From Amphiscolops sp. MND2022 (taxonomy: Eukaryota), in the NCBI GenBank assembly GCA_964187785.1, contig OZ076409.1:56484001-56548000 (forward strand): 64,000 nucleotides of DNA, given 5' to 3'. This document shows positions 32,293 through 46,138 of this stretch, one piece after another; positions within the stretch are counted from its first letter, which is position 1; each line of letters starts with the position of its first letter. Under the pieces are notes generated by a model. The model was given only the letters and a program-made list of their open reading frames with translations, had not been told where the DNA came from and ran no database searches. Both the position numbers and the translations under genes were made by a program.

Positions 32293-33722
32293 GATTCATC
32301 TGCGTCTTGGTTTGTCAGCTGTTGTGCAGAGTTATCTTGTTTCCTTTCTTGTTGGTGATGTCGTTTAGGTCTCGGGTCGTTTGCCGAGTTAGCTCCGTTC
32401 CAACAGTTTTCTGTTTTGTGGGGTTTTCCACAGGTATCGCATTTAAGTGGTTTTCCTGAGCTGTTGCCGGTTTGGCCATTGTTTTTCTTGGTTTGCATCC
32501 ATTTATCTCTTTTCATTTTCCTACACTCCGCTTTGTAGTGTCCAAATTTGTTGCAGTAGAAACAATACCCTTTCTTGGTGTTTTGCGTTCTGTTGTCGGC
32601 TTGTTTGGACTCGGTGTTTGGTGGGGCCGGTTCTACTTTGTTTAGTGGTACCAGGTTTACTTCATCTGGCGCCCCAAGGCCGTTAAGTCTCATTTCCCTT
32701 TCTAGATGGAGTACGATGTCATTATAGGGTTTGTCTTCAAGGTACGCTCTATTTAATATTTTCTTTACATGGTCTGGCATTTTTGCATAGATCGCCTTAT
32801 CAATAAATTGTTGGGCTTCAGAGCCAAAAGCTTCTTTGGCTGTTTTTTGCAGTACATCTAGAAATTCGTGGAGTTTTTGGTTCGAGGGATCGAATTTGAG
32901 CGCATCCCATTCGCACCTGGCTTTGGCCATAGACAGGTAGTCTCCGAAACGTCGTTTAAAAATTGTCATTATTTCATCCAGGGAGTCCTTTTTTGTGTCT
33001 TCAATATTGCAGAACGCCTGTAGGGCGTCCCCTCGGAGCAGTGAGTGGAAATAGTTTATTTTTTGGATTTCCGTGAGGTGTGGGTACATCTTGATGTTAT
33101 TACGAAAGAGGTCTTCGAAGAGCTCGAATTTTTCCGATTTGCCGTCGAAGGTTGGGAGTGATGCCGTTAATGCTTTTGGCATCGGGAATGGGGTGCTATC
33201 GTTTTTGTCTGTTGCAAATAAGGTCCTTGCTACTATTGGACGCTCTTTCGACGCCGGTTGGCTTTGAGACCGGGCTTTCGCTCTTTTTGGCTGATTTGTG
33301 GAGTCGGTTAGGACTCCTGTCACCATGTTACGACATATTGTCGGGTCGTTTTGAGTAGAACTTATTCTTACTGATTTTGTTGGAGTATAGAAACTTCTAG
33401 TTTCTTCCTCTACCTCTTCTTCGGTATTTTCTCTAATGATCCCTCTTGTTTCAGGTTTCAAGAGTTTTAACATCTCCTTCTGGGATTCGATAAGAAGATT
33501 CTTAATTTCCGAAGTTATTTCCTCTTTCAAAGAGGCTCTCAAACTTTCTAAGAGACTATTCTCAATCCGGGGGGATTTTGGATTGGAAGGTCCCGCTACC
33601 TCATCGTCCTGGTTCAAAGGACAAGAATTTCCTACCACTATAGGTGAAATCAGGCCTTCACTTACGTTCTCACTGGTGCTTTGCTGATCATTTCTTCTTT
33701 TTTGGCTTCTCGTTGTAGACAT
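32283..33722 (-). CDS. gag: Gypsy Gag with two CCHC zinc knuckles
   Basis: Capsid-like LPTFDGKSEKFELFEDLF...KINYFHSLLRGDAL and knuckles CFYCNKFGHYKAEC and CDTCGKPHKTENC. The first ATG (MSTTRSQ, 33722) lies inside the LTR; an alternative ATG sits at the LTR/PBS junction (33326). Confidence 0.92.
   Translation of the reverse strand: MSTTRSQKRRNDQQSTSENVSEGLISPIVVGNSCPLNQDDEVAGPSNPKSPRIENSLLESLRASLKEEITSEIKNLLIESQKEMLKLLKPETRGIIRENTEEEVEEETRSFYTPTKSVRISSTQNDPTICRNMVTGVLTDSTNQPKRAKARSQSQPASKERPIVARTLFATDKNDSTPFPMPKALTASLPTFDGKSEKFELFEDLFRNNIKMYPHLTEIQKINYFHSLLRGDALQAFCNIEDTKKDSLDEIMTIFKRRFGDYLSMAKARCEWDALKFDPSNQKLHEFLDVLQKTAKEAFGSEAQQFIDKAIYAKMPDHVKKILNRAYLEDKPYNDIVLHLEREMRLNGLGAPDEVNLVPLNKVEPAPPNTESKQADNRTQNTKKGYCFYCNKFGHYKAECRKMKRDKWMQTKKNNGQTGNSSGKPLKCDTCGKPHKTENCWNGANSANDPRPKRHHQQERKQDNSAQQLTNQDADESKN
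33311..33325 (-). other. Primer-binding site (PBS)
   Basis: TGGTGACAGGAGTCC directly follows the 5' LTR end (...TAACA|TGG) and is complementary to a tRNA ending ...CCTGTCACCA. The tRNA identity was not assigned. Confidence 0.75.
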
Positions 33723-35836
33723 TTTGTAGAAAAGTTTGGATTTGAAGAATTGAATTTCTTTCAAATATTTTCTGACAAAAGTAGAATAAGGTGAGAGTGA
33801 AATTGAGAATTCGACTGAATTATACAATTACTAAGGACTGAGTCCCTCAATCATCAAATCCTATCATATTTATACCCTCTTAGCATCATTTGATCACGAT
33901 CATAATCCCTAATTTCCTTCGAACAATTAGTCATTTCCTGTTTTATCGATGAAAAAATCACGAAGTTCCCAAATTTGCGCTGACATTCCGTCAAATTTTA
34001 AGACACGGCAAACCTAATCTAGCATTAGTCATCAACCGTAATCATATTATTTCAGCTCGGCGTCCTTTTATTTCCTCCCAAGCAGGAAGTAGATATTACT
34101 TCAGTCTGTCAAACCGGAAATGATTCCCTGTTTTACTGCTTTGGTTCGCGGGAAATTGACGCTGAGATGACGCCGGCATGAACAACTAATGCCTGAATTT
34201 TGATATTTTGCTCGAGAAAAATGCTATGACTAATGTTTTCAGCCCTATAATTTCCAATGATGCTAAAGAGGAAGGAGAAACAAGCTCAAAGAATTAGCAA
34301 CAATCTCAAATTAGTTTCAAATTAAATGATTAACGATTAACAAAATAAAGCAACGACACATTGGCGTTTGGTGGATTGATGGACTAGGTTGTCTGAATCA
34401 GACTTTTGTCCAAATTTATTAATACTTCACTTACAAATAGCGTCTAATATCATTTTAGCGCTTATTTGGTAAATATGCATAATACTCTGTCAACAGATTT
34501 TAACTTGTACATGAAATAGTAATCTTGAACAAAACATCTGACGGTATGAGGACGGCACTTCATGGAACCTCTGAACAGGCAAGAGTCCAAAACCTTCTAA
34601 CATCAGATTCCATTCATTACAGAACGCACAAATGTAATACAAACATTTACTCTTGATTCATCCACGTTAGGGTTAGAATAATGCACATTCTGATTAGGGG
34701 GTGACGACGTACCGACGTCCAATTAAACAACAAGGTTGTAGCACACACTTTATGCAGTACAAAAGTACAAATGTATGAAAATATATTTCCAATATGAAAA
34801 TATCATCGAATTACTTTCGTCATGCCCATAAACTGTGACTTTCACCTACATTATACTGGGACTTCCATTTCAACTTAAATTTTGGAGTAAAATTTATCCG
34901 ACAAAGGAAATATTTGACGAAAACGTGGCATGGGACTCCAAATTCCCTTTTAATTATTTTGTTGGAACACCAAGTACTTTAAACGTATTCCTAGCCCTAA
35001 TTCAATTTGATTGATATTCATCATAACTTCTGGGTGGATTAAAACAACTCGTCTTGATGGAATTTGGACGTACCGTGGACGTACGTATTAGTATTAGGCC
35101 TGGTCCAACATAGTGGACGTAACGCGGACGTAAATTTGAAGTAGAATTAGTCCTCGCCGAGAAGGCAATGCCGTGACGTCACTATGGCGGAAAATTGGAA
35201 TGATTTCAAGTAGTGTATCTAATATAGGCGGTAAATTGGAATGGTTCTCTAGTGAGCGTGGACGAAACGGTGACGTCACGCTGTATACTTTCAAGTCTGC
35301 TTCTTACCGACATCTAATATACATGTATCCTTTATTTTGTTTACTTAACGCAGTACCGACGTCCTAATCCGCACTAATTGCTGTTCAAAGTGCAATTAAG
35401 CTGCCTTTCTTAGAAAAGGAGTGGATATCTCAGTGTGTCATCTCAATGTAGTTTCTATTTTAGATTCAGATAATGTCCTTTTTTCAACGGTGGTTTTGGG
35501 TATATTTCTATTTAGATCGGTCTATGGTCTTTATTTCATTGCGAGTTTTAATTTAGTTTTCAGGTGGCGAATGTTTCTATTTTGGCGTACTAAGGACGTC
35601 CTACCGGATGTGCGTGAAATCATCTTATTTCAATTTTAATTTCATTTCTCATTTTTGTTTAAACTTTTCGTGAGTTGGGCGTTCGTTTTCGTATTCTTAG
35701 TCACAGTTTATTCTAAGGATAAGGTTTTAAAGTTACCAGTTGAAGTAAGATCTGGGGAATCTCAGATTGCCTCCGTGACCTCTCCCGATCTTCAGTCGTC
35801 TGCAACCACAAGCCAGACCGGGAGCGGGCTGTGACA
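33326..35836 (-). repeat. 5' LTR (2511 bp)
   Basis: Direct repeat of 19599-22109, adjacent to the PBS and gag. Confidence 0.96.
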
Positions 35837-38707
35837 ACCCCCTTGCATTTTTTTGGAGTTTTCGGTTTGTAAAAACTTTTATTGAGACTAAAAGGCCTAT
35901 TTCTGAGTTTTTTCGCATTGTGCCACTTTTTTTAGAAAAAAAAACTTTTTTTTGAAAAAAATTTCCCAAATGTTTCCAAAGTTGTTCCTTGAATATTTTT
36001 GAGCCTTAGATATGGCGCCCTTTTGGGACGTTCCCGTCTTGTTTTTCCATACACCTGAAGTGATCAAAGAAGTTCTACAAAATTTTATGGTGTCAAATTG
36101 AACCATTTGACTTACCGAACTGAATCAAAAAGGTTTTTCCTTTTTTTCCGCGTAAGATACATTACCGGGCGAGGCTAAAGGGCCCTGTCAGTTTCTTGTC
36201 GGTATTGTGCAACTTTTGTTCAAACTTGTTTTTCACAAAAGGGTCCCCCTTCATTTTTTTGGAATTTTGCGACAGAATGGATGTTGAAAAATCCCAAAAG
36301 GTCCCCCTTTCGGTTTGTTTTTCGGCATTGTGGAAGAGAATACTTTGACTTTGAAGTCTTTTTGCAATTTTTGAGCCTTAAATATGGCTCCGACTTGGGC
36401 CGGTCCCGGTTTGTTTAAAAAGAGTCACTAGTATAGTCGCGTTTCACTTGATAAACTGAACTTAGTGCGTTTTTATCGTTTAATACGTTGTACCGCAAAA
36501 TGGTGATATAAGTGTTCAAATTGAGAAAATACAAAAATTCGACTCTAGAGGCGAACCCCAAACTTTAATTGCCAATACGTAAAACAGTTTGGAGACAAGA
36601 ACTAAAACGTTTGGGGTGTGACTTCATCCATTGTGTAAAACCGTACTACTATATTTGAATTTGAATAGTTATAGGAACTCGATACAAGTTAGATGCAAAC
36701 GCCGTTCCGGGGGGACTAATGCTGAAAAACAAAATTAAAAAAGTTATTCCTTGACTTAAAAACTCAGAGAGAGTTCGTTTGAGCTGAAAAACTTTCTAAA
36801 TGAAAATGATAAAAATCTTGAAAGGAAGGGGAATGCAGGAAAGCTTACGGAGGGAGACCTGCTAGTAAAGTTGAAAACCTTTCGGGAACGTTCGCTCATT
36901 GCCATACAAAACCCAGGAGAATCTTTTTGAAAAGAGAAAGAAAGGGAGTGAGTGCCAGTGAAATGAAAGTCTCACATTGCCGGAAAAACCCAGAATGAAG
37001 AGCTCTTTGTCTCAATGACTATGTTAAAAGTTTGAAAGCGAAAAAGAATCAAAGGGGGAGACGATAAAAAATTACGATGAAAATGAGGTTTAAAAAATCT
37101 TGATTCAGCAGTAACATCATTTTCGTTCATATTTTTTTTTACAATTTTAGAACAATGCGATTCCAAGGTTTTGGTGGAAAAGTCAGCCAAAACGTTCGAA
37201 AACTCTGTGAAGAAACTTTTTGAGTCAAACAAACATCATTCGAGGGTGACAAATACATTCAATCTAAAATTGCAGTGAAAATTTCCTAAACAATGTACAC
37301 GCAACTGAAAGCAAACGATGCATAAGCAACGTAAAACATAAGCTCAACTACTTTTGTAGACGGCTTGAGAGGCAACGGGTAGCTTTTTGCCCCTAGATCG
37401 GAAAACTGTGAAAACACCTGATCAAAGCTCACTGCGAAGAGTCACTGCTACTAACACTTATCAAATTCACACCAAAAAACTTGATTTTCAGATGAGTCAG
37501 GAGTTTTGGCCTACTTGCCCAAGTTAATCACTCCATTCTTTCAATGATATTTTCCTGAAAACCTTATGCATGAGAATCCCTACGACATTTCAAGGTATGT
37601 TGATGGATTCCAGTCTCTGTTGTTTTCAGAATTTGCAATCAATGTGCAGCGTATGAGTACTTCAGCAATTTTTTTGACGTAGTTGTGCAGATTCTTATTC
37701 GCAGAGACTCCTTATTTCCACGTCAGAAATGGCGTACCAGCGTTATGTTAAACCTCCGCTTCAACTACATGTGGAAGAGTGGCCCCATGAAAAAACCAAA
37801 GAAGCATGATGATAAAATTACAGCAGACTGACAGTCTTTCGAAAAATCTTTAAACTTTTAACAAATCACTGTCACAGGACATATCCAGCAAACTCACAGC
37901 ACCCAGAGAGCCCGTGGACACTCTGGGAAAGACTACGTACAAAAAAGCAAGAAATAGGCTTTATAGAGTAATACACGCTGTCATTCCGACAAGAATTCGC
38001 TGCTAATGAAATGTTTTGCAGAAAAAAGTATTAATGTTTTAATTTCATTCAAAAAAAAACAAAAATCTAAAATGTGTTGTATATAGGCATCTCGCTTTGC
38101 TCGAGCCTTAAAAAACTGATATCCGGGATCCTATCTGATGATGAGCATTTGAAATCACCAAACAATGCAAAAATTCAACGAAAAAACAATGAAACTTCAG
38201 TCAATTCAATATAGATTGATAATTAGACAGAACTAAAATGCTGCACTGATATATATAACTCGGTGTCGAAATCATTTTCATGAAAATCAAAATTTTCTTC
38301 CAGGCTTTTCAAAGAAGCTCGCCTACATTACACGGATGGCGCTGCGTGGGTTCACCTTACTCTTCATTTAATTTGAAGTCTTCGCTGGCAGCCTACAAAT
38401 GACGAGTGTTTACAAATTGCAGACGCGAATCTTGACATTCAATTAACATTCAAGGTTGTGGTAATTTCTGCAATTCAAAAAGGGTAAATGATGCCTCGAA
38501 TATGCGATAGTACTAATCAAATAGAAAGCTCAAGAAACAAAAAGATAAATGATAGGATCCGCAGAAACTACAACAAGACTGAAGCACCTTCGCCTGATTT
38601 CAAAATTAGTATTTTCGAAAAAAAAAATTTTGGAACAAATAACGTAATTTTTGGTTGGTGTTTTCTGAATTGAAAATGTTATAGTTTTTCATAAGCATCT
38701 TTACCAT

Positions 38708-39527
38708 TTTTAGTCGCGGAATTTTTTTAGAAAAGAACGATTATAGTCATGGCTTTTCGTCAGTTTTTTTTTCGATACATCTGATATGTCCAAAATAGTT
38801 CTACGAAAAGTTCTTCAATTTTGCAAATTCAGCCACTTGGCCTAGTGGTCATAGTAGATTTTCCGCGATCTAAGAAGTTGCGCACTGAACCAATTAATTT
38901 TTTATGTTTTCAAAAGTAGGCGGCAAAGTCCCTTTTCAGAATTTATCGGCACTACGTGACTTTTTTTCAAGTTGTTTAAAACCTCGACTCCCTCCTTCAA
39001 TTCTTGGCAGAAACATACCGTTTTGCGAGCACAGATGGCCATATTTAATTTTTTCGCACTCTGCGACTTACCGAAGTAAAAATTTTTGAAAGAAAAATTG
39101 GAAGTTTTTTTTTACAATTTTTGGTTTTTTGTGAAGGAAACATGTTTCTCGAGTCTTGAGGATGACCTCTTTGTTACTTTTTGATCCTGTGGAACTGATG
39201 AGTTTTCTTATTGATTGTGAAAAATACCTTTTCACCCTTTTTGGACGATGTGCGTCTTTATTCCCCGAAACATTCAGCCATCGTTTTCATAGCTGATTCC
39301 AACTTGAGAAAAAGTATTTTTTCCAATTGAAACCTTTTCCAACACTGTGAGACTTTTCCGAAATCAAATTTACAAAAAAACTACTTTTCTGTTGTTTTTT
39401 GTGTGTTTTCATCTATCCCTTTGAGGTATCCCTCGGCACTGAAATTTGGAAAAACTTTGAAAATGGTGTCCTTTGCATATTTAAGAAACTTGAGCGGGGC
39501 GCCGACTTGGGCCGATCCCGGCTTGTT
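38708..39527 (+). mobile_element. Diverged Helentron-like family A copy
   Basis: Starts TTTTTAGTCGCG and ends GGCGCCGACTTGGGCCGATCCCGGCTTGTTT. Confidence 0.6.
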
Positions 39528-40042
39528 TCAGTTTTTCTTCAATCCAATCGAAGTGACCAAAAACGTTCGTCAAAAGTTTTGCAATAGACCTAAAATTTAA
39601 AATGAAGCAAAAAGATCCGCCCTTTATTATTTGACATTTTCATTCGAACAACAAAACTATATGCGGACATCTTGCAATTTGTTTCAAAAGCCTTCCGTTT
39701 CACAAAAAAGACTGGCTTTGCTTTCTTTGATGCTTTCAAATGGAAACCCAAACGGCCCTTCCTTCGAATTGTTTTGGTATTGTTAGATTGATAGGTTTTT
39801 AGATTTTTTTGAAAAACAATTCCTCAACGAAATGAAGTACTTTGCACCTTTTGAGCCTCACGAGGTGTGCCAACTTATGCCGTTCCCGACTTGTTCTTAA
39901 CTAATTAGAAATTTATAAATATCTAACACGCACTATATTGGAAGTATTTCATAACTTCACTCACGGATAAATATCTGGTGTGTATGTTCATTCTAGTCGC
40001 AAACTTCAAATTGTGAAAGAAAAGGCAGTAGTGTCGTCAGTT

Positions 40043-40548
40043 AAAACAAGACGGGAACGTCTCAAGTCGGCGCTATATCTAAGTCTCAAAAAGCGCAAAA
40101 CATTTTTTTGGAAAAAACTTGAAATTTTCGAAAAAAATTTTTCTTTCGGAAAATGTCGCGTAGTGCCGAAAAATGTAAAAGGGGGGACCCTTTTTGATTT
40201 ATAAACACACATTCTGTTGCAAAATAACAAAAAACTCCAAGGGGGGACCCTTTGGGGACATTAAAAAAATTTCGAAAAAAAAGTCGCACAGTGCCGAAAA
40301 AAAATTCAAAGGGGGGACCCTGTAGTTCCGTCCGGTTTTGTATCTTACGTTAAAAATTGAGTACACGAAAGGGGGGACCCTTTGCAGTAACTCAGATATG
40401 ATTCCGCTTGCCGGTGCAGTACTTTTAGTAGTTCTGTAAAAAGTGTCCACTACGCATACATTCTGTGGTCTGACGAAAAAAAAAGAAAAAAAAAACTTGC
40501 CACTGTAATAGTCGGGCTCATTTTCTTCTAAAATGCGCCGACTAAAAA
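40043..40548 (-). mobile_element. Helentron-like family A copy
   Basis: AACAAGACGGGAACGTCTCAAGTCGGCGC...TAGTCGGGC...GCGCCGACTAAAAA, with four GGGGGGACCC repeats. Confidence 0.78.
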
Positions 40549-42477
40549 CGAGTAGACGCTAAGGCTTGTGTTTCAATTGTAACAATTTGTCACATAAGCC
40601 CCTGGAAAATGAGTTGATTAATTTCTAGAATTTGATAAGTGCTAATTAAATAGACAGTGTAAAAACTCTTGCAACTCGTGATACGAATCTTGAATATTCT
40701 TGGAGTTTTTGTTGAGAATCTTGCAACAAAAACTAAGAATAAGTCAGAAAATGCAAGAGGCCTTAAGATTCCCTCTTAGAGCTTCAGTTATCATAAAACC
40801 TTCAGGAAAATGAGCTATTTAAACATCCAAAAATATCCAACATAAAATATCCAAAAAACACAGATTAAGAAAGAAAATTTAATTCTTCTCTAACAATTGC
40901 AAATTCAGATCTGAATGAAGCAAAAAAAAGAATCTGAAAGAAATGAAATTACGATATCATTTATCATGGAATCGGGATCTAAACATTGCAAGTTTCAAAC
41001 GCAAAATTGATCATATAAGATTGAAAAGTTGCAGAGTTGGGAATTGAAGACGATTGCTCATTAAAATTGGCCGTAAAACTGCTGGTAAAAGGGTAAATTT
41101 ATTGCATTTCCACCTAACATGGCCCTGAAACAGGCCCAATTCGTCAATTTGCGAGACCACTAAATTTTGAATTGTTCGAACTTTTCACCTCCCGGATTTC
41201 TTGATAAGAATCTTGGCAAGAAAAGTAAATCTGACTTGAAAGAAGTAAGACTTTCCAAGATCTTATCAAGAAATGTCAGAGTTTGTACACTGGGTATTCA
41301 TTCAGGTTTTCTATGTATGTCAAGATCTAAACTTTATTCGACCAATTTTACTCTATCACCCAAATATCGTCGCAGTTTTTCAGAATAAATTCTATTGCAA
41401 GAATAAATTATTCTCACTGGAATACAAACAAAATCAATTGCCTGGACAAAAACGTCATGATATTTTTACAAAAATTCTTCATTAAATCCGTTCCTTAAAA
41501 AAGAAACTTTTAATTCAATCTTTTTACTGATTGATACCAGTACGAAAATTTGAATGAATCAATTAGAATTAATCTTTAAAACTTAATTCAATGGACTGGC
41601 ACTTTCAAGCAGACGACTTCCGTTAGAGGGCTAACTATTTTCGTTTACCTAATTTTTTTAGACATCAGACGCAAGAAGACAAGTGCTATAGCACTGTGAT
41701 AAACCAGCCATTCACGCTTTTTCTTTTGCACCAGAATTCTTCATTTTTTGCACCAATCAAATTGCGAATGTCACGCAGTGAAAATGAATGAATGAAAAAT
41801 TTTAGGCAATTTTAATCAAAACTAAAGGAAAAATTTCCCAGTGAAACAACTTCCACAGTGCCTTGCCTCCTGAACCGTAGAGTGAACGTATTACAAAGGA
41901 TTAGATTTCTAACAATTCGGTGAGTGCAACTGAGAAAATTGGAGCCGAGAGGTATTGGTAATGAATCAAGAAATGATTTCAGGGGTCTGATTTACATGGG
42001 AGGGGGTTGTGGGGTTAAGGATCTGTTTTGGGGCGTTCGAAAGAATGAGATATCAGCAGCAATCGATGTGAAGATGTAGATTTTAATTCCCCTGCTCCTG
42101 TGCAAAAGTAAAAAAACTAGCTCAATTTGTTCAGATGATTCAATAAATTTTTGTGTTAGATGTGGCTGACACCCCATGCCCACTTGTTCCGGTCATTACA
42201 GACAAAGTTCACATTGCTCTGGCTCTAGATGACTGAATGTGACGTCAGTATAAGTGAATGCGGCCAGACATTTCGATCACGTAACACCAAGAAGAAAAAA
42301 GTTGAGAAAAACTTTTACGACCAAAGAGAGGTATCATCATTTTCATTCGATTGAAAATGCAAACTATACCATGCAAGTGAACCATATTCTAAAGAAAAAA
42401 TATAAAGTAGTATTTCCTAATTGTAAGTAAATTTCCTAATAACTTTGTCGAAAAAGACAGTACGCCAAAATAGTTAT

Positions 42478-43415
42478 TAGATCTTACCAAATTCTTTTTA
42501 CATCTTGGCGACCAGGGAACCCATGGCAAGTTTTTAATAAGATCTTACTAAGATAATACATTATTTCAAGATCGTATCTTGTCACGATGGACAAAATTCT
42601 AAGATTGTAAAAAACACTATACCTTCGGTACAAACAGCCGAGACTCAATCTAAAGGCTCATTTCACCCAACAACGACTATTTCTACTCGTTTTCATAATC
42701 AAAATGCTTCAACCCGCTGAAATAAATTTGCATGCAAAAATGTGCGAAAAATTACGATAACGTATTCTGGCTTCCGAAATTCTGGCGAGAATCCTAATAA
42801 CTCCTCACCTGTTTAAGACTGAGAAATGCGAATGTACCAAATGAAAGCTCATTTTGAGGGCTTTTCGAAACTTATCACTCCCGTCGATTCCAGAGACGGC
42901 AAAAAATGCTCCCAAAAGTGCAAATCTACTTTCGCAAACTTACTCAGGGAGAGCACTAAGAAATCTGGTTGTAATTTTGTCAATTAATATCACCAGCTTT
43001 CTTTGAGCCTGTTTCAGCAGCCGTATTATTGCTGGAAATGGTGGTCATTTTCCCGATTCGGGTAATTGTCCCGATTCAGCTCGAGGTTTTTGTGAGCGTT
43101 GTTAGCGGCGACTGTTTTACAATTGATAGAACACTTTAATCAGTGCATCCCTAAATATACTTCAAAAGCACTCTTCAATTAAATTTTACACCTTGCTAAC
43201 AGAAATTTTAATGTCTAACAATATAAATCTGCAAAAATGTTGATTTTGTTGACATCCTTCCATATTTTTTTCCTGGCCAAATAGGACTTTGCAATAGAAT
43301 TTCTCTTGGGAACATAGCTCTCTTGATAGGATCTTACCATGACATCTTGCAATTCTTGGCAATATCTTGGCAAGATCGTAACTAAACTAAGATATCCATG
43401 GAGGGGCGACCCGGG
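42478..43415 (-). mobile_element. CCCGGG-terminated non-autonomous element (inverted copy 2 of 6401-7388)
   Basis: Reverse-complement match over several hundred bp (for example 42841-42970 vs about 6851-6990). Ends GACCCGGG-TA. Confidence 0.75.
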
Positions 43416-46138
43416 TAGTTTATTATTACTATTACATCCTAAAGCTTTTGATCCAATTTTTAGGACACAGGGTGTAGAGGAACGACGTACTCTCTAGAGT
43501 TAGGTAACAAATATATTTGACAATTGCAACAAGACATTGCTGTTGTTCTCATAGAAAATAGACAAAAAATCAAAGACGGTGGCATCAAATAGTCATGATT
43601 CCCGAATATAATGACAAAAAAACAAATCCGTAACCTTTAGCTCTCCTTCCTTAACTATCCTTCAAACAAATTTTCGATGAAAAGCTCATTGAAGATCCAA
43701 ACAAAAATTTCAAAGATTCAAATCAAATTATAAACGATTACTTTCATGTTTTTGTTGGTCTGTTTAGTTTTTGGTCAAATATAAATTGTGAAGCCGTGAT
43801 GTCTCATTTTGGTTTCTTGTATACATTTCTGGTGTCTAATTCGATTCATTTGAAGCGTTTTATTGTTCATTGTTCGCTGATTTTTTGTGATTGATTTCCA
43901 AGGCATCGTGCACAATTGAAAGTGCCAGAATCTAGGCATTGTATCTGCTGGAATTGTGTTCTAAGGCGGTTAGATTCTTGAGCTCACTAAACCAATAGCT
44001 CAATTCAGATGCAATGACAGATTTTTTTTCTGTTTCGTGTGTCACACAGAATCTGTTTAATTACTTAGCAAAAAAACTTTTCTTTTCATTGGGAATTAAA
44101 GAATCACTCCACCACCTTCTTTTCAAGTACCCAGAGCGAAAGGTAACAATAAATGAAAAGTTAAACGTATTCAAAAAATCCTAAGTCCAAAACTGGGGCA
44201 AGATTTTGACTTCAACAGAACAGATAAAAAATTTTTGCCCGTTCGAACTCACTACACAGAAATTCTGTCGAATATCAGCAGCCATTTTAATGCCCATCAG
44301 CAGTGGCAAGGAATTGAACGATGGTAATAAAAATATAAATTGAATTCGCTTTTTTATCGTCTTCAACGACTGTTGAAACTGTTTGAACTTTTTAGAAGTT
44401 TTTGTGCGGTGCCAAGTACATTTGGTATGGCTTTTTCAAAGTCCCATGGATACTTTCAAGTATTATTTTTTCACATAATTTTATTTATTTTCATCAAACT
44501 GTCTAAAGAGCATTCTGAAACTGGTGTCAATTCCGAGCATTTTGTAAGTTTTTGATATGCATTGGTCTTTACTGGCGCTTTATTGAAAATTTTCGGCAGT
44601 TTTTTCTCAATCCACATGAACTGACCATAATAGTTCTGTAAAAATTTTGCAAAATCTTAAAATATTGATATGTACAGTTTGCGAATTGCACTGTATTGAT
44701 TCCCTTTACTGATATGAACAAAATTTTCCGTTTTCTGATATGAACAAAATATTGCACTGTATCCGAATTTTTGTTATATCCGAAGTGAATTGCGTTCTAC
44801 TAGTGAGGAGGCGGAGGGCCGAATTTCATCTGTTTCGATGTTTGGTTTGCCAAGTGCTTCCAAATTTTAAAAAAAGCACGCTATATCCAAATTTTTGACT
44901 TTATATCCGACGTAATTGATGTTTCGGGGGGAGGGGGGGGGGGTTAAGAAGCAGAAAAGGTTGTTTTGGAATATTTCTGGTGAGAATAAAATTCAAAAAA
45001 CGCTTTTTTACAAGTTATCTAAAACACAAAAGCGGGACACTTTCCTTAAAACTTAATCAGAAACGCCGCAAAATGTCAAAGAACTTTCAAAACGGGAATC
45101 ATTTGCTCTTGTAAAACATTGCAATGCAATTTAGATATGAGGGCGAAAATTTACTTTGAATGAATTTTTTGTCGGTCATTGTTACCGAATTGGAAAACAA
45201 ACCGGAAACGACCCAAGTCGGCGCCAAAACTAAAGCTCAATAAATAGCAAAATAAGATCAAAGTGTCAGGTATTCTCTTCTACAGTACCCGTAAAAACTC
45301 AAAACTTGAACCAAATTGGCGCGCCCTTTCACATTTTTTAACATCCATTCTGTTGCAAAATATCAAAACAAATGAAGGGGGACACTTTGCAGACATCAAA
45401 AAGTTTTCAAAAAAGCCTCACAAAGCCGAAATAAGGCACAAAAGTCTACCTGGGACGTAGTTTTTGTATCACTCGTTGGATAAAGATTTTTCGAACCTCC
45501 ATAAAAGTCCTATAGTACTGAAAACCTGACCCTGAAGCTTTACATTGGACGCAAATCATGTGAAATGTTGGGAAAAAATTGATTACGTTAAACGAATGAA
45601 AACGAGAAGTGAAAACGTTGTATCCGAATCAGAACTTTGAAAACGTTACATCGGAACTTTGAAAACGTTATATACGTGTTAGATAATATGTATATTCTAA
45701 GAAAGTTGTCTGCAAGTTGAACAAAATGAACAAAATTAATAGAAATTGATAAAATCTGTCACTTCGTCACCCTTGAAAAGAAAACAAGAAACGTTATATA
45801 CGGTATACGTTATATCCGGAATTCGTTATATCCGGTTTGCATTAAATCTAGTATGGGTTGTGTTATTGTCTAAGGGGACTACTTTACTCTTGAATCTCAA
45901 AGTATTTAGACTGGCATAATTGAAGGGTAGAACGTTTGGTAGAACTGGTTTGGACAGTTCAGGTGTATCGAAAAAAAACACTGACGAAAACCATGACTAT
46001 AGTCGGGTCTTTTCTTAAGAAAAGCGCCGATTTATGATCAAAACAATCTAATGAAGTATGAAATATGAAATACGATTATGAAAGAAGTACAAAAATTTCA
46101 CAAAACTACTGAGAACCAAAACCAAACCAAATCAGATC

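Larger units (their letters stand above)
19599..35836 (-). mobile_element. Full-length Ty3/Gypsy (Metaviridae) LTR retrotransposon, 16,238 bp, with extra cargo genes
   Basis: Two 2511-bp LTRs with TG...CA ends and a 5-bp TSD ACCCC (19594-19598 and 35837-35841). Contains gag and a PR-RT-RH-IN pol. Inserted into a family A element spanning 19304-36043. Confidence 0.97.

Noticed and set aside
27394..33687. Plus-strand ORFs overlapping gag and pol (for example 30725-31498)
   Set aside because: Antisense shadows of strongly coding sequence with no recognisable motifs.
44750..45850. TTATATCCG repeat clusters suggesting a pogo/Tigger-like MITE
   Set aside because: The repeats are all in one orientation, and no paired TIRs or TSD could be defined.
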